From positions 17,003 through 81,002 of the forward strand of contig LNEJ01000027.1 of the NCBI GenBank assembly GCA_001464965.1: a DNA stretch of 64,000 bases, given 5' to 3'. This DNA comes from Gammaproteobacteria bacterium Ga0074134. Its GTDB lineage: Bacteria; Pseudomonadota; Gammaproteobacteria; Ga0077554; Ga007554. The notes under the pieces are model-generated. The model saw nothing but the letters and a program-made list of their open reading frames with translations. It did no database searches and was not told where the DNA came from. Shown piece after piece: positions 51,674-62,739 of this stretch; positions within the stretch are counted from its first letter, which is position 1, and each line of letters begins with the position of its first letter. The position numbers and the translations under genes are program-made.

Positions 51674-52414
51674 ATGGACCGCATGCTTTATGTCGCAATG
51701 TCCGGTGCCAAGCAGACCATGCTGGCACAGGCGGTGAACACCAATAATATGGCGAATGTGAACACCACTGGATTCCGCGCTGATCTAGAAGCGTTTCGCA
51801 GCCTCCCGGTGTATGGCCCAGGATACCCCAGCCGGGTGTATGCGCAGACGGAAAGGCCGGGAACGGATTTTCTTGCCGGGACATTTTCCACCACCGGACG
51901 TGAACTTGATGTTGCGGTTAATGGTGATGGATGGATCGCTGTGCAGGCCGCGGATGGCAGCGAAGCATATACCCGTGCCGGTGATTTGCGCGTGACGGTC
52001 AACGGCCAACTGGAAACTGGAGCGGGACGTCCGGTGATTGGCAACGGCGGACCGATCGCCGTCTCTCCATTCGAAAAACTGGAGATCGGTGCCGATGGCA
52101 CAATCTCGATTCGACCCGTGGGGCAAGCGCCTAACGCATTGGCAGTGGTGGATAGAATCAAGCTGGTAAATCCGCCGCCGGGTCAGATGGAGAAAGGCAC
52201 GGATGGTCTGATGCGTGTCAAAGACGGGAAGAACGCTGTGGCGGATGCAGCAGTGCAGTTGTCTAGCGGTGTGCTCGAGTCGAGCAATGTCAATGCCGTG
52301 GAGGCGATGGTGAGAATGATCGAGCTGGGGCGCCAGTTCGAAACGCAGATCAAAATGATGCGCACCGCACAGGAAAACGACGCCGCTTCGTCGCAATTGA
52401 TGCGAATGGGTTAG
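51674..52414 (+). CDS. flgF: flagellar basal-body rod protein FlgF
   Basis: [35 protein letters not shown]. Confidence 0.9.
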   Translation: MDRMLYVAMSGAKQTMLAQAVNTNNMANVNTTGFRADLEAFRSLPVYGPGYPSRVYAQTERPGTDFLAGTFSTTGRELDVAVNGDGWIAVQAADGSEAYTRAGDLRVTVNGQLETGAGRPVIGNGGPIAVSPFEKLEIGADGTISIRPVGQAPNALAVVDRIKLVNPPPGQMEKGTDGLMRVKDGKNAVADAAVQLSSGVLESSNVNAVEAMVRMIELGRQFETQIKMMRTAQENDAASSQLMRMG

Positions 52415-52654
52415 TAACCTTTCACGGTTTCTCTTTCAACATGAGAAGGCGTGATCAACAAAAGACACGAAAGGTACTAAAAAATGGATGGTGGGATTTT
52501 TTATGGAAATGAGCCTGGATTTGTCAGGCATATTCGAAAGAAATAGTTGAAAGCATTGCGCCATGAGGATTTTTCGTACTTTTCGTGTCTTTCGTGGACG
52601 GATTTGTAACATCAATATCTGAACCAGAATTTTTTATTTAAAAAGGAGCACTCA

Positions 52655-53440
52655 ATGAATCCCGCACTATGGATTGCCAAGACTGGTCTTGACTCACAGC
52701 AGACGCGCATGGCGGTTATCTCCAACAACCTGGCCAACGTCAACACCACCGGATTTAAGCGCGGCAGGGCGGTGTTCGAGGATCTGCTCTATCAGAATGT
52801 ACGACAAGTGGGAGCACAGAGTACGCAAGAGACAACATTGCCATCCGGCTTGTTGCTCGGTACTGGTGTGCGCACGGTGGCCACGCAAAAGCTATTTACG
52901 CAAGGCAATATCGTACAAACCGGTAATCCCCTGGATATGGGGATTCAGGGGCGTGGTTTTTTCCAGGTGTTGACGCCGGATGGTGCGCTGGGGTACACGC
53001 GCGATGGTTCATTTCAAGTGAATGCACAAGGGCAGCTTGTCACCGCCAGTGGCTACGTGGTGCAACCCGCAATCAGCATTCCTGAGAATGCACAGAGCAT
53101 CACCGTGGGTTCCGATGGCACAGTGGGAGTGCTGTTGCCGGGTTCAACCGCACCGACGCAGGTGGGCTCAATACAGTTGGCGGATTTCATCAATCCCGTG
53201 GGCTTGCAGCCGATTGGCCAGAATGTATACCGCGAGTCTGCCGCCAGCGGTTCCCCGCAAACCGGTGCGCCGGGTGTGACAGGCTTGGGCACCTTGGCGC
53301 AGGGATCAGTGGAAAGTTCCAATGTCAATGTTGTGGAAGAGCTGGTCAATATGATTGAAACCCAGCGTGCATACGAGATGAATTCTAAAGCCATTGCTTC
53401 CGCTGATCAGATGTTGCGGTTCGTGACAAATAATTTGTAA
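52655..53440 (+). CDS. flgG: flagellar basal-body distal rod protein FlgG
   Basis: [35 protein letters not shown]. Confidence 0.9.
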   Translation: MNPALWIAKTGLDSQQTRMAVISNNLANVNTTGFKRGRAVFEDLLYQNVRQVGAQSTQETTLPSGLLLGTGVRTVATQKLFTQGNIVQTGNPLDMGIQGRGFFQVLTPDGALGYTRDGSFQVNAQGQLVTASGYVVQPAISIPENAQSITVGSDGTVGVLLPGSTAPTQVGSIQLADFINPVGLQPIGQNVYRESAASGSPQTGAPGVTGLGTLAQGSVESSNVNVVEELVNMIETQRAYEMNSKAIASADQMLRFVTNNL

Positions 53441-53507
53441 TAACAGTAATCGGCGGCAAGGATGTTGCATATTTCTAAGTGTTGACGGGATTCAGTGAGC
53501 AGAGAGA

Positions 53508-54224
53508 TTGGAAATGAAACAGATCAAGAAGTATTTGTCTGTCCTGTTGGGGTTGCTGATGCTGGCGGGTTGTACCACCACTCCGCCGCAGAGTGATCCC
53601 GCCTATGCACCGGCGCGCCCCGCCACGCCGCCGCCCACCACACGAAGCAATGGCGCCATTTATCAGGCAGGGTATGGTCTTGCGCTGTTCGAGGACAACA
53701 AGGCGCGCCGTGTCGGCGACATACTTACCGTGATACTGGTAGAAAAGACCGATGCCAGCAAGACAGCGGGCACGAATTCCAAGAAGAAGACCGGAGTGGA
53801 TGTTTCCGCGCCCGTCATTCTAGGGTCCGCGCTGACATTCGGCGCGCCGGGGCTGATCCCGTTGGCTAGCAATGTTAATAATGATTTGAGTGCCAAGCTG
53901 AATTCTAACCAGACTTTTTCGGGGCAGGGTGATAGCAATCAAAGCAACAGCCTGAATGGACGCATCAGTGTCACGGTGTCCGAGGTCTTGCCGAACGGCA
54001 ATCTGGTGGTGCGCGGCGAAAAGCTGCTGGCCATCAATCAGGGTAATGAATATGTGCGGTTTTCCGGGATTGTCCGCCCGGTCGATATTCAACGTGATAA
54101 CACCTTGCTGTCGAGTCTGGTGGCGGATGCCAAGATCACCTATGCCGGTGACGGCGTGATTGCCGATTCCAATACCTCGGGATGGCTGGCGAGATTCTTT
54201 AACAGTGGTTGGTGGCCTTTTTAA
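53508..54224 (+). CDS. flgH: flagellar L-ring lipoprotein FlgH
   Basis: Lipobox LMLAGCTT and the FlgH core. Confidence 0.9.
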   Translation: MEMKQIKKYLSVLLGLLMLAGCTTTPPQSDPAYAPARPATPPPTTRSNGAIYQAGYGLALFEDNKARRVGDILTVILVEKTDASKTAGTNSKKKTGVDVSAPVILGSALTFGAPGLIPLASNVNNDLSAKLNSNQTFSGQGDSNQSNSLNGRISVTVSEVLPNGNLVVRGEKLLAINQGNEYVRFSGIVRPVDIQRDNTLLSSLVADAKITYAGDGVIADSNTSGWLARFFNSGWWPF

Positions 54225-54372
54225 GGAACCTCTGATTTATTAGAGGTTCTGTGTGGTGCATGGACGCACCGCCATTTCTCGAACACGTACGTGTTCGAGA
54301 AATGAAGAAAAACAAAAATCACATTTTTCGTCTCTGAAAAATCCAGGGATGGATTTTTCAGAGTTCCCTTAA
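54223..54372. repeat. family 1 repeat, copy E (between flgH and flgI)
   Basis: Hairpin ggaacctctgatttattagaggttc plus aatgaagaaaaacaaaaatcacat...ctctgaaaaatccagggatggatttttcagag. Confidence 0.55.
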
Positions 54373-54387
54373 TAACAGGTTGGGTGC

Positions 54388-55497
54388 ATGAATAGATTTG
54401 CCCTGAAATTACTGCTGCTGTCCTGGCTGGTCTCATTGACTGGTTTCGCCCATGCCGAGCGCATCAAGGATGTCGCAGCCGTGGATGGCGTGCGCGTCAA
54501 CCAGCTGGTGGGTTATGGTCTCGTGGTGGGGTTGGACGGCAGCGGCGATCAGACCACTCAAGCGCCATTCACTGTGCAAAGCATGAAAAGCATGTTATCG
54601 CAATTTGGTATTGTGTTGCCGCCCACCGTGAATCCCCAGCTCAAGAATGTCGCGGCAGTTTCCATCCACGCCGATTTGCCGCCGTTTGCCAAGCCGGGAC
54701 AGACTGTGGATATCACCGTCTCGTCACTGGGTAATGCCAAAAGCCTGCGCGGCGGTAGCCTGCTTATGACGCCGCTGAAGGGCGCGGATGGGCAGGTGTA
54801 TGCCATCGCACAAGGCAATCTGGCGGTGGGTGGTCTGGGCGTGTCGGGCAGCGATGGATCGAAGATCACAGTGAATGTTCCCAGCGTGGGGCGCATTCCC
54901 AATGGCGCTACCGTGGAGCGTCCAGCGCCCACCTCGTTTGGCGAAGCTGATGCGTTGATTTTTAACCTGCATACTCCGGATTTTACTACCGCCAAACGCT
55001 TGGCGGAATCCATCAACACCGCCATCGGCGCGGGCACGGCTCAACCGCTGGATGGATCATCGATCAAGGTTGCCGCTCCTCAGGATCAGGCGCAGCGCGT
55101 GGCGTTTATATCCGTGCTGGAAAATCTGACGCTGGAGCCCGGTGAAGGTGCGGCTAAAGTTATTATCAACTCCCGCACTGGAACCGTGGTGATCGGCAGT
55201 CATGTGCGCGTCACGCCTGCCGCCGTGTCGCACGGCAATCTGGTGGTCACTATCTCGGAAAAGCCGCGCATCAGCCAGCCTGGAGCGTTTTCAGGCGGCT
55301 CCACAGTGGTCGTGCCCACCTCGGAGATTCAGGTTAAAGAGGAAAGCCGCCGCATGTTTTTGTTTGATCCTGGCGTGTCGCTGGGTGATATCGTGCGCGC
55401 CGTCAACCAGGTGGGCGCAGCGCCAGGCGATCTGGTGGCGATACTCCAGGCGCTGAAAGAAGCGGGCGCGTTGCGCGCGGAACTGATTGTAATTTGA
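54388..55497 (+). CDS. flgI: flagellar P-ring protein FlgI
   Basis: Signal peptide and the conserved [31 protein letters not shown]. Confidence 0.9.
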   Translation: MNRFALKLLLLSWLVSLTGFAHAERIKDVAAVDGVRVNQLVGYGLVVGLDGSGDQTTQAPFTVQSMKSMLSQFGIVLPPTVNPQLKNVAAVSIHADLPPFAKPGQTVDITVSSLGNAKSLRGGSLLMTPLKGADGQVYAIAQGNLAVGGLGVSGSDGSKITVNVPSVGRIPNGATVERPAPTSFGEADALIFNLHTPDFTTAKRLAESINTAIGAGTAQPLDGSSIKVAAPQDQAQRVAFISVLENLTLEPGEGAAKVIINSRTGTVVIGSHVRVTPAAVSHGNLVVTISEKPRISQPGAFSGGSTVVVPTSEIQVKEESRRMFLFDPGVSLGDIVRAVNQVGAAPGDLVAILQALKEAGALRAELIVI

Positions 55498-55510
55498 AAC
55501 ACGAAAAAAA

Positions 55511-56395
55511 ATGATACCCAGCCCAGACATTTACACCGATTTTCAAAGTCTCACGCGCCTTCGTGCCCAGGCGCGCGAAAATTCCCCCGAGGCATTACGT
55601 GCCGTGGCCAAGCAGTTTGAGGGGATTTTTTTGCAGATGATGCTGAAAGGGATGCGTGAGGCCAATCTGGGTGACGGTATCATGGACAGCGATCAGACCG
55701 AGTTTTATCAGGGTATGTTCGACCAGCAATTATCCGCGACCCTCAGCCAGGGGCGTGGCCTGGGGCTGGCGGATATGCTGGTGAAACAGCTTGGTGGTAA
55801 TCTTGCCGCGACAGCGAAGAATAACGATAAAAATATTTCCGGATTGCCCACGCCACACGATCTTCCGGAGGCAGCGATGGCCCCATCACCGTCCTCATTT
55901 GGTTCTCCCGAGGAATTCGTGAAATCACTTTTGCCCCACGCGCAACAGGCTGGCAAGGAACTCGGCGTTGCGCCCGCAGCGCTACTGGCGCAGGCAGCGC
56001 TGGAGAGCGGGTGGGGGCAGTCTGTCATGCGCCATCCCGATGGCCGCAGCAGCCACAACCTTTTTGGCATCAAGGCCGATGGCCGCTGGCAGGGAGAGCG
56101 TCTCGTCATGCCAACGTTGGAGTATGCCGATGGCAAGGCGGGCAGGCGCAATGAGGCATTCCGCTCTTACGATTCGTTTTCCGCCAGTTTCAGCGATTAT
56201 GCCAATTTCCTGCGCGCTAATCCGCGTTACGGCCAGGCATTGGCTGTGGCGGGCGATCCACAGGCATTTGCCGAGGCTTTACAGAATGCAGGATATGCCA
56301 CTGATCCGGCCTATGCACGCAAGATCGGCGCGATTCTGAACGGCGACACCCTGAAGGGCGCGCTTAAGATGTTCAGCCGCGATCCGATAACATGA
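55511..56395 (+). CDS. flgJ: flagellar rod assembly protein / peptidoglycan hydrolase FlgJ
   Basis: N-terminal rod-binding domain plus C-terminal glucosaminidase (LLAQAALESGWGQS...NLFGIK). Confidence 0.85.
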   Translation: MIPSPDIYTDFQSLTRLRAQARENSPEALRAVAKQFEGIFLQMMLKGMREANLGDGIMDSDQTEFYQGMFDQQLSATLSQGRGLGLADMLVKQLGGNLAATAKNNDKNISGLPTPHDLPEAAMAPSPSSFGSPEEFVKSLLPHAQQAGKELGVAPAALLAQAALESGWGQSVMRHPDGRSSHNLFGIKADGRWQGERLVMPTLEYADGKAGRRNEAFRSYDSFSASFSDYANFLRANPRYGQALAVAGDPQAFAEALQNAGYATDPAYARKIGAILNGDTLKGALKMFSRDPIT

Positions 56396-56449
56396 ACAGT
56401 AGGAACAGGTTCCAAACCCGCCCTCTGGGAAACTTAGTGAGGTTTTGCC

Positions 56450-58369
56450 ATGCCCGCCGGTGATTCACTTTCCATAGGTATTTCCGGGCTGTTGACATCG
56501 CAGCGCTCATTGTCAACAGTGAGCCAGAACATCACTAACGTCAACACTGAAGGCTATAGCCGTCAGCGTGTGGATGTTGTTACCAACACGCCGCAATTTT
56601 CCGGTGATGGTTATATTGGCACGGGTGTGGCAGTCGGTGGCGTGCGTCGCCTGTACGATGACTTCCTCACCGCCCAAGTGCAAACGAACACGGCTTCCTA
56701 TAATCAGACGGAAAATTTTTACACGCTCACCAGCCGCATCGACAACCTGCTGGCTGACCCCCAGGCAGGCCTCACGCCTAGCCTGCAAAGTTTTTTCAAC
56801 GCCGTTCAGGGTGTCGCAAATGATCCAAGCTCGGGCGCGGCGCGTCAGGTTTTACTGAGCGAGTCCGGAACGCTGGTTGATCGATTCCATTATATAGACC
56901 AGCGCTTTGGCGAATTGCGTAACGGTGTGAATGCCGAGATACAAAATCGTGTCACCGAAATTAACGGCCTTGCCCAGTCGCTTGCCAGTGTAAACCGCGA
57001 TATTTCTGTCGCCCCCGGCAGGGCATCGGGAAACCTGCCGAATGATCTGCTTGATAAACGTGATACGCTGATTGCGCAATTGTCGGAACGTGTCGCTGTG
57101 ACCACTGTGCCGCAGGACGATGGTTCTCTTAATGTGTTTATCGGCAATGGACAGGCGCTGGTCGCCGGTTTCCGCGCGCAATCCCTGAGCGTGATGAGCA
57201 ACCAGTTCGATGCGACGCGCCTGGAAGTCGGTTACCAAATGGGCACGGATACGATCAATATTTCGAATCAATTAAGCGGCGGAAAGTTGGGCGGCCTGCT
57301 GGATTTCCGCAACCGCGTGCTGGATGTGGCTCAAAATACCCTAGGGCGCGTAGCTATTGGCCTGGCAGATAATTTTAATGATCAGCATAAACTCGGCCAG
57401 GATTTGAACGGCGCGCTGGGCGGTGACTTTTTTAAGGCGCCCAGTCTCCAGGTTCAGGCAAGATCGCTTAATACCGGCACGAGTGCGGTAACAGCCTCAC
57501 TGGCGGATGCCAATGGATTGACCACCAGCGATTACCGCTTGACCTATACGGGCAGCAACAATTACACGCTCACCAGGCTTTCCGATAATCAAACATCCAC
57601 CATCAATACCGGCGGCAGCTATCCCTATACCAGCGCGGTGATTGACGGGTTTTCGCTGAATATCACTGCGGGTGCGGCAGTCAACGACAGCTTTTTGATC
57701 CAGCCCACGCGTCAGGGTGCGCAGACCATCGGCATGGTGATTAACGATGCCAAAGGCATCGCCGCCGCCGCGCCGATACGCACGTCCGCCGCGCTGGCTA
57801 ACATAAGTGCCGCCACCATTAGCCCGGGTGTGGCGAATGCGCAAGACCCTAATCTGCGCAACACGGTAAGCATCACGTTCACCTCGCCCGGCCTGTTTGA
57901 TGTCGTTGACGCAACCAACGGTACACTTGCGACGAATGTCCCCTATGTCTCTGGTCAATCCATCAGCTATAACGGCTGGACGGCAAAGATCAGTGGTTCC
58001 GCCGCAACGGGCGATGTATTTTCTGTCGGCGCAAATACCAGCGGCGTGAGTGATAATCGCAATGCATTGCTGCTTGGTCAACTGCAAAAGCAACAAACGC
58101 TGGGGGGCGGCACTGCCACATATCAGGATGCCTATGGTGAATTGGTGGCCAACGTCGGAACACAAGCCCATCAAGCGGATATTACCCGCAATGCGCAAGA
58201 TACCTTGCGCAAGCAGTCGATAGAGGCGCGCGATGCCGTATCAGGCGTCAACCTTGACGAAGAGGCTGCCAACATGGTGCGCCTGCAACAGGCTTATCAG
58301 GCCTCTGCACAGGTGATTTCGGCCACCAACACGCTCTTTCAAGCCCTTATTTTCGCCATTAGGAGATAA
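56450..58369 (+). CDS. flgK: flagellar hook-associated protein 1 FlgK
   Basis: N-terminus ISGLLTSQRSLSTVSQNITNVNTEGYSRQRV and the conserved C-terminus. Confidence 0.9.
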   Translation: MPAGDSLSIGISGLLTSQRSLSTVSQNITNVNTEGYSRQRVDVVTNTPQFSGDGYIGTGVAVGGVRRLYDDFLTAQVQTNTASYNQTENFYTLTSRIDNLLADPQAGLTPSLQSFFNAVQGVANDPSSGAARQVLLSESGTLVDRFHYIDQRFGELRNGVNAEIQNRVTEINGLAQSLASVNRDISVAPGRASGNLPNDLLDKRDTLIAQLSERVAVTTVPQDDGSLNVFIGNGQALVAGFRAQSLSVMSNQFDATRLEVGYQMGTDTINISNQLSGGKLGGLLDFRNRVLDVAQNTLGRVAIGLADNFNDQHKLGQDLNGALGGDFFKAPSLQVQARSLNTGTSAVTASLADANGLTTSDYRLTYTGSNNYTLTRLSDNQTSTINTGGSYPYTSAVIDGFSLNITAGAAVNDSFLIQPTRQGAQTIGMVINDAKGIAAAAPIRTSAALANISAATISPGVANAQDPNLRNTVSITFTSPGLFDVVDATNGTLATNVPYVSGQSISYNGWTAKISGSAATGDVFSVGANTSGVSDNRNALLLGQLQKQQTLGGGTATYQDAYGELVANVGTQAHQADITRNAQDTLRKQSIEARDAVSGVNLDEEAANMVRLQQAYQASAQVISATNTLFQALIFAIRR

Positions 58370-58372
58370 TCT

Positions 58373-59581
58373 ATGCGCATCTCCACCAATCAAATGCAGC
58401 AGCAAGGTGTAAATTCCATGCTGGAGCAGCAGGCCCTGCTCAGCAAAACGCAATTACAGGTTTCCACCGGCAAGCGCATCCTTACACCGGCGGATGATCC
58501 CGCCGCCGCCGCACAAGTGCTGAGCTTGATGCAGGAAAAGGAAGTCACTGGACAGTATCAGTCAAATGCGGAAGCGGCAAATTCGCGGCTCTCTCTGGAA
58601 GAGCAGACCTTAAGTGGCGTGGGTGATCTCCTGCAACGGGTGCGGGAGCTGGCCGTACAGGCCAATAACGCACATTTGAGCAACGAAAACCGTCTTTCCA
58701 TCGCTCAAGAGGTACGCCAACGCCTGGATGACTTGTTGGGTCTGGCGAATACAAAGGATGCCAATAACGAATATTTGTTTTCGGGTTACCAGGGAAGTAC
58801 GCAACCCTTTAGCCAGAATGCGGCGGGAGGTTTTACTTACAGCGGCGATGAGGGGCAGCGCTATTTGCAGATCGGCCCTGCAAGGCAAGTGGCGGTGGGC
58901 GATTCGGGAACAGATGTGTTTCGCGCCATCCGTAATGGCAATGGTGTTTTCACAACACAGGAGAGCCCACTCAATACTGGCAGTGGAGTGATTGATCCAG
59001 GCACCGCAACCAGCGGATTTGTTCAAGACACCTATACTCTCGCTTTTGCCCAGGTATCTCCCACTGCGCCGATCACTTACACGGTAACGGGTGCAGTGAG
59101 TGGTGTGGTAACCTCCGGCACCTATGGCAGCGGTAACAGCATTGCCTTCAATGGGGCGCAAACCAAGGTCACTGGTACGCCTGCCAATGGCGACAGTTTT
59201 ACGGTTACACCCAGCGCCAACCAGGATATTTTTACCACGCTGCAAAGTTTCGCTAAAGCCTTGGAGACACCGGTAAACGGCGCGGCATCCCAGGCGCATT
59301 TTAACAATGCTATCAATCGTACCCTTGTCGATCTGGATAATGGCTTAGGAAATATTCTTGATGTTCGCACAAAAATTGGTGCCAGGATCAATTCTATTGA
59401 TGCTCAGAAAGATATCAACGATGGCTTTAAGCTTCAGGTTCAAACAACCCTTTCCACGCTACAGGACCTCAATTATGTAGAAGCTGTCAGCCGCCTCAAC
59501 TTGCAATTGACAGGCCTGCAGGCGGCACAGCAATCTTTTATCAAAATACAGGGATTATCGTTGTTTAATTTTATCAGGTAA
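58373..59581 (+). CDS. flgL: flagellar hook-associated protein 3 FlgL
   Basis: MRISTNQMQQQGVNSML...; flagellin-like ends. Confidence 0.85.
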   Translation: MRISTNQMQQQGVNSMLEQQALLSKTQLQVSTGKRILTPADDPAAAAQVLSLMQEKEVTGQYQSNAEAANSRLSLEEQTLSGVGDLLQRVRELAVQANNAHLSNENRLSIAQEVRQRLDDLLGLANTKDANNEYLFSGYQGSTQPFSQNAAGGFTYSGDEGQRYLQIGPARQVAVGDSGTDVFRAIRNGNGVFTTQESPLNTGSGVIDPGTATSGFVQDTYTLAFAQVSPTAPITYTVTGAVSGVVTSGTYGSGNSIAFNGAQTKVTGTPANGDSFTVTPSANQDIFTTLQSFAKALETPVNGAASQAHFNNAINRTLVDLDNGLGNILDVRTKIGARINSIDAQKDINDGFKLQVQTTLSTLQDLNYVEAVSRLNLQLTGLQAAQQSFIKIQGLSLFNFIR

Positions 59582-59685
59582 CTATTTTGATAAGAGTTTT
59601 TTAAACCACCTCCTACATGTCAAGGAATGGCATAATGGCAGAGGTATGTTTCAACAACACCCCAGCAAACAGCACGAGCATTCCC

Positions 59686-59713
59686 TAAAGTTTCATCCCC
59701 TTCAGGCCGATAA
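59686..59713 (+). promoter_or_regulatory. sigma28 (FliA) promoter, copy 1
   Basis: TAAAGTTT, 12-nt spacer, GCCGATAA. It is followed by a 5' leader that is about 75% identical to the fliC leader and has a conserved hairpin. Confidence 0.5.
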
Positions 59714-59820
59714 CCAAATCGGGCGCGGTACATATTTCACATGAGAAATATGTCCGTTAAATATTAACCCATCCGCAAGTGGGTATGTCTTGTCCACTTT
59801 TGGGACGAAGAGAAAATGCC

Positions 59821-60096
59821 ATGCCCCAAGTTAACAATACCAATATTGCTTGGCGCAATGCACATATTAATCTCACCACGGCCAAACTTTCGCTCAAACC
59901 CTCTTTGCAATGCCTGTCTTTAAGGTTGCTCATCAATGGCGTCGAGGACGATGCGAAGGCTTTGGTTATTCCTTTCGCCAATACCGTCGCCAGACTGCAG
60001 AGCTATTCAAATAACTTAAGTGCAATGTATAGCCGCAGCCATGAAGCCGGCTTTAGAGCGGAGATGGGGAGCCCAATCAGCAACCAGATCCTGTAG
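59821..60096 (+). CDS. degenerate flagellin N-terminal-domain paralog (91 aa; possible pseudogene remnant or small exported protein)
   Basis: MPQVNNTNIAWRNAHINLTTAKLSLKPSLQCLSLRLLINGVEDDAKALVI aligns with the FliC N-terminus [49 protein letters not shown]. Nucleotide identity is visible (aataccaatRttgctt). The stop falls after about 91 codons. Confidence 0.5.
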   Translation: MPQVNNTNIAWRNAHINLTTAKLSLKPSLQCLSLRLLINGVEDDAKALVIPFANTVARLQSYSNNLSAMYSRSHEAGFRAEMGSPISNQIL

Positions 60097-60233
60097 AAGA
60101 TAGGTGTAGTGATGTTGGCCCAGGCCAATGTGTTATCCAGCGGAGTGTTGCTGGTATTTCGATAAGTTGATGATGAGCTTTCTCGGGTTGGGACGTCCGG
60201 GTGAGTTTTTACGTTGTGATATGAGGCAGATAT

Positions 60234-60623
60234 ATGGTTCCTAGCATTTCTGAAATGGCCACAGTGTCCCAGTCTGTGGAACATGAAACAAATGGTTTGA
60301 GCGCGGGTTCTGAAAATAGATTGCAGGATACTTTATCACAACAAAAACCATTGTCTGTTATGCGCGATGCCCATTTCTGTGGTGAGCAGGACGGACCAGC
60401 CGATGCTTTTTTGCAAGGAGCGGTCCGTAGTTTAAACGAGTTCATTCAAAATTATAGACGCGATATGCAATTCAGCATCGATGAAAGTAATGGCCGGGTC
60501 GTGGTCAAAGTCATTGACATGGAAACCCATGAGGTTATTAGACAGATTCCTTGCAAAGAGGTGATGGCGCTGGCTCGTGGCCTGGAAAAATCCAATGGTG
60601 AGTTACTTCATGCGAATGCATGA
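60234..60623 (+). CDS. flaG: FlaG-family protein, paralog 1
   Basis: C-terminal ...QFSIDESNGRVVVKVIDMETHEVIRQIPCKEVMALARGL is the FlaG signature. It is paralogous to 62740-63087. Confidence 0.7.
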   Translation: MVPSISEMATVSQSVEHETNGLSAGSENRLQDTLSQQKPLSVMRDAHFCGEQDGPADAFLQGAVRSLNEFIQNYRRDMQFSIDESNGRVVVKVIDMETHEVIRQIPCKEVMALARGLEKSNGELLHANA

Positions 60624-60676
60624 GAATTACGGTAGAAGAGTGGGTAATAGCCCACTATTTACGAGGATAAATTGAT

Positions 60677-60886
60677 ATGGCATCCATTACATCGGCGGAC
60701 ATTGGTTCTGACATAAAATCTATAAATAAAAAAAGTAATATGCTGAACAGGTGCATGGACGATATTGAAAATCACTATCGGATACAAATTACCACGCTCG
60801 ATACCGTTTTAGTGAAATTACGTAATACCAGTGACTATTTGTCTAATAGATGGTTGTATTTTAATACAATTTGTGTCGAAAAGTGA
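60677..60886 (+). CDS. hypothetical small protein (69 aa) in an AT-rich island upstream of fliC
   Basis: Good RBS (gagga 9 nt upstream of the ATG). GC is far below the genome average. No family was recognised. Confidence 0.3.
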   Translation: MASITSADIGSDIKSINKKSNMLNRCMDDIENHYRIQITTLDTVLVKLRNTSDYLSNRWLYFNTICVEK

Positions 60887-61002
60887 ACGCAAAAGCTAGT
60901 GTGGTGAGAAAAATTTAACGTGATTTTTTTATTGCTGCTTTCAGTATAGATAATCTTGACTCTCTATAGTATTTTCCTCCCCTCCACCACCAAAAAATTA
61001 CC

Positions 61003-61030
61003 TAAAGTTTGATTGCTAGCCAACCGATAA
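61003..61030 (+). promoter_or_regulatory. sigma28 (FliA) promoter of fliC
   Basis: TAAAGTTT gattgctagcca ACCGATAA lies about 110 nt upstream of the fliC ATG. Confidence 0.6.
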
Positions 61031-61140
61031 CCTAATCGGAAGCGGTAAATGTTTCAACTTAGGAAACATATCCGCTAATTATCAATCTCCGCGGTCAAGC
61101 TATTACATTAAGGCTTGCCCACGGTAAGAGGAGAACTACC

Positions 61141-62652
61141 ATGGCTGTTATCAATACCAATGTTGCTTCCTTAAATGCTCAACGCAATCTCATGACTTCG
61201 TCGTCAGAATTAGCCACTTCGCTGCAACGCCTTTCTTCTGGCTTGCGTATCAACAGCGCCAAAGATGACGCTGCCGGGCTTGCGATCTCTAGCCGGATGA
61301 CCAGCCAGATCAACGGCCTCAACCAGGCATCCCGTAATGCTAACGACGGCATTTCGCTGGCCCAGACCGCTGAAGGCGGTTTGGCCACTACCACTGACCT
61401 GCTGCAACGCATGCGCTCACTGGCCGTGCAGGCTGCCAACGGCACCAATTCCTCATCGGATCGCGCCTCCCTGCAACAGGAAGTTAGCCAAATCCAGCAG
61501 GAAATTAACCGCGTGGCCAATACGACCCAGTTCAATGGCCTGAACACCTTGGATGGTTCGCTTAATAACGCCCAGTTCCAGGTCGGCTCCAACGCCAACC
61601 AAACAATTAATTTCTCTATCAGCAGCGCCCAGGGATCCGCAATCGGCAATAACACGCTTGCAACCGCCAGCGGTGGTACCATGGTTAACGCTGCCGCAAT
61701 CGCAGCCACAATCCCAGCCAACAATGTTGCAGCGGGAACCCTGACGATTCAGGGCAACGGCGCGACCAGCGGAGCTCTCACTATCGCCGTTGGCGCCTCG
61801 GGCAAAGCTATTGCTGATGCAGTGAATGCCGCAGCCGGCTCTACAGGGGTATCCGCCTCTGCCACCACATCGGCAACGCTGGGAGGCTTCGTTGCCGGCA
61901 CCGTTTCTCTGACCTTGCAGGGTGCCCCCACCTCTGCTGGTGCGGCCAACCCGGTAACGATTAGCGCCACGCTCGCCTCTGCCACCGACGTAGGGGCCTT
62001 GACCACGGCAATTAACGCACAAACAGGCTCAACCGGCATCACTGCGGTCGCCGACACGACCACCGGAAGAATCGCGCTGACCCAGGCTCAGGGCTATGAT
62101 ATTGGTGTAAGCAACAACACCGCGCAAACTGCAATCACCGTTACCGGCGCACCTACCACTGACGGTGGAAGCGGAGTTGCAGTCACCTTGGCAGCCAGCG
62201 GCGGTATGGACTCGACTGCCGTAGGTGGCAAGGTTACCTTTAACTCTTCCTCGGCCTTCACGGCCACGGCCAGTGCTGCCGGTATACTTGCAGGTGGTGC
62301 AGTAACCCTGTCCAGCAGCCTGTCTTCAGTGGCATCCATCGACATCACAACGATGACCAGCGGCATCCCCACCGGCGCCAACAACGCATTGCAGGTGATC
62401 GATTCGGCGCTGGCCAACATCAACAATTCACGTGCTTCGCTCGGTGCCTTGCAGAATCGTTTCTCTACCACGGTCAGCAATTTGCAGGCCACCTCGGAAA
62501 ACCTGAGTGCAGCACGTAGCCGGATTCAAGACACCGACTTCGCTGCTGAAACCGCCAAGCTGACCCGCGGCCAGATCCTGCAGCAAGCCGGTACCGCGAT
62601 GTTGGCGCAAGCGAACTCGTTGCCTAATGGCGTATTGGCCCTGTTACGTTAA
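61141..62652 (+). CDS. fliC: flagellin
   Basis: 503 aa with the conserved D0/D1 N- and C-termini ([17 protein letters not shown]... ...[29 protein letters not shown]) and a Thr/Ala/Gly-rich variable middle. Confidence 0.9.
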   Translation: MAVINTNVASLNAQRNLMTSSSELATSLQRLSSGLRINSAKDDAAGLAISSRMTSQINGLNQASRNANDGISLAQTAEGGLATTTDLLQRMRSLAVQAANGTNSSSDRASLQQEVSQIQQEINRVANTTQFNGLNTLDGSLNNAQFQVGSNANQTINFSISSAQGSAIGNNTLATASGGTMVNAAAIAATIPANNVAAGTLTIQGNGATSGALTIAVGASGKAIADAVNAAAGSTGVSASATTSATLGGFVAGTVSLTLQGAPTSAGAANPVTISATLASATDVGALTTAINAQTGSTGITAVADTTTGRIALTQAQGYDIGVSNNTAQTAITVTGAPTTDGGSGVAVTLAASGGMDSTAVGGKVTFNSSSAFTATASAAGILAGGAVTLSSSLSSVASIDITTMTSGIPTGANNALQVIDSALANINNSRASLGALQNRFSTTVSNLQATSENLSAARSRIQDTDFAAETAKLTRGQILQQAGTAMLAQANSLPNGVLALLR

Positions 62653-62663
62653 TCAGTAAAAGA

Positions 62664-62692
62664 CGACCTTGCTGGGTCGTTTTAACAGGACG
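62664..62692 (+). terminator. rho-independent terminator after fliC
   Basis: Hairpin acgacc ttgctg ggtcgt followed by tttt. A second hairpin gacggaa...ttccgtc follows. Confidence 0.5.
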
Positions 62693-62739
62693 GAAGGTGG
62701 GAAACCACTTTCCGTCTACCCACTGTGAGGGGATAAATC

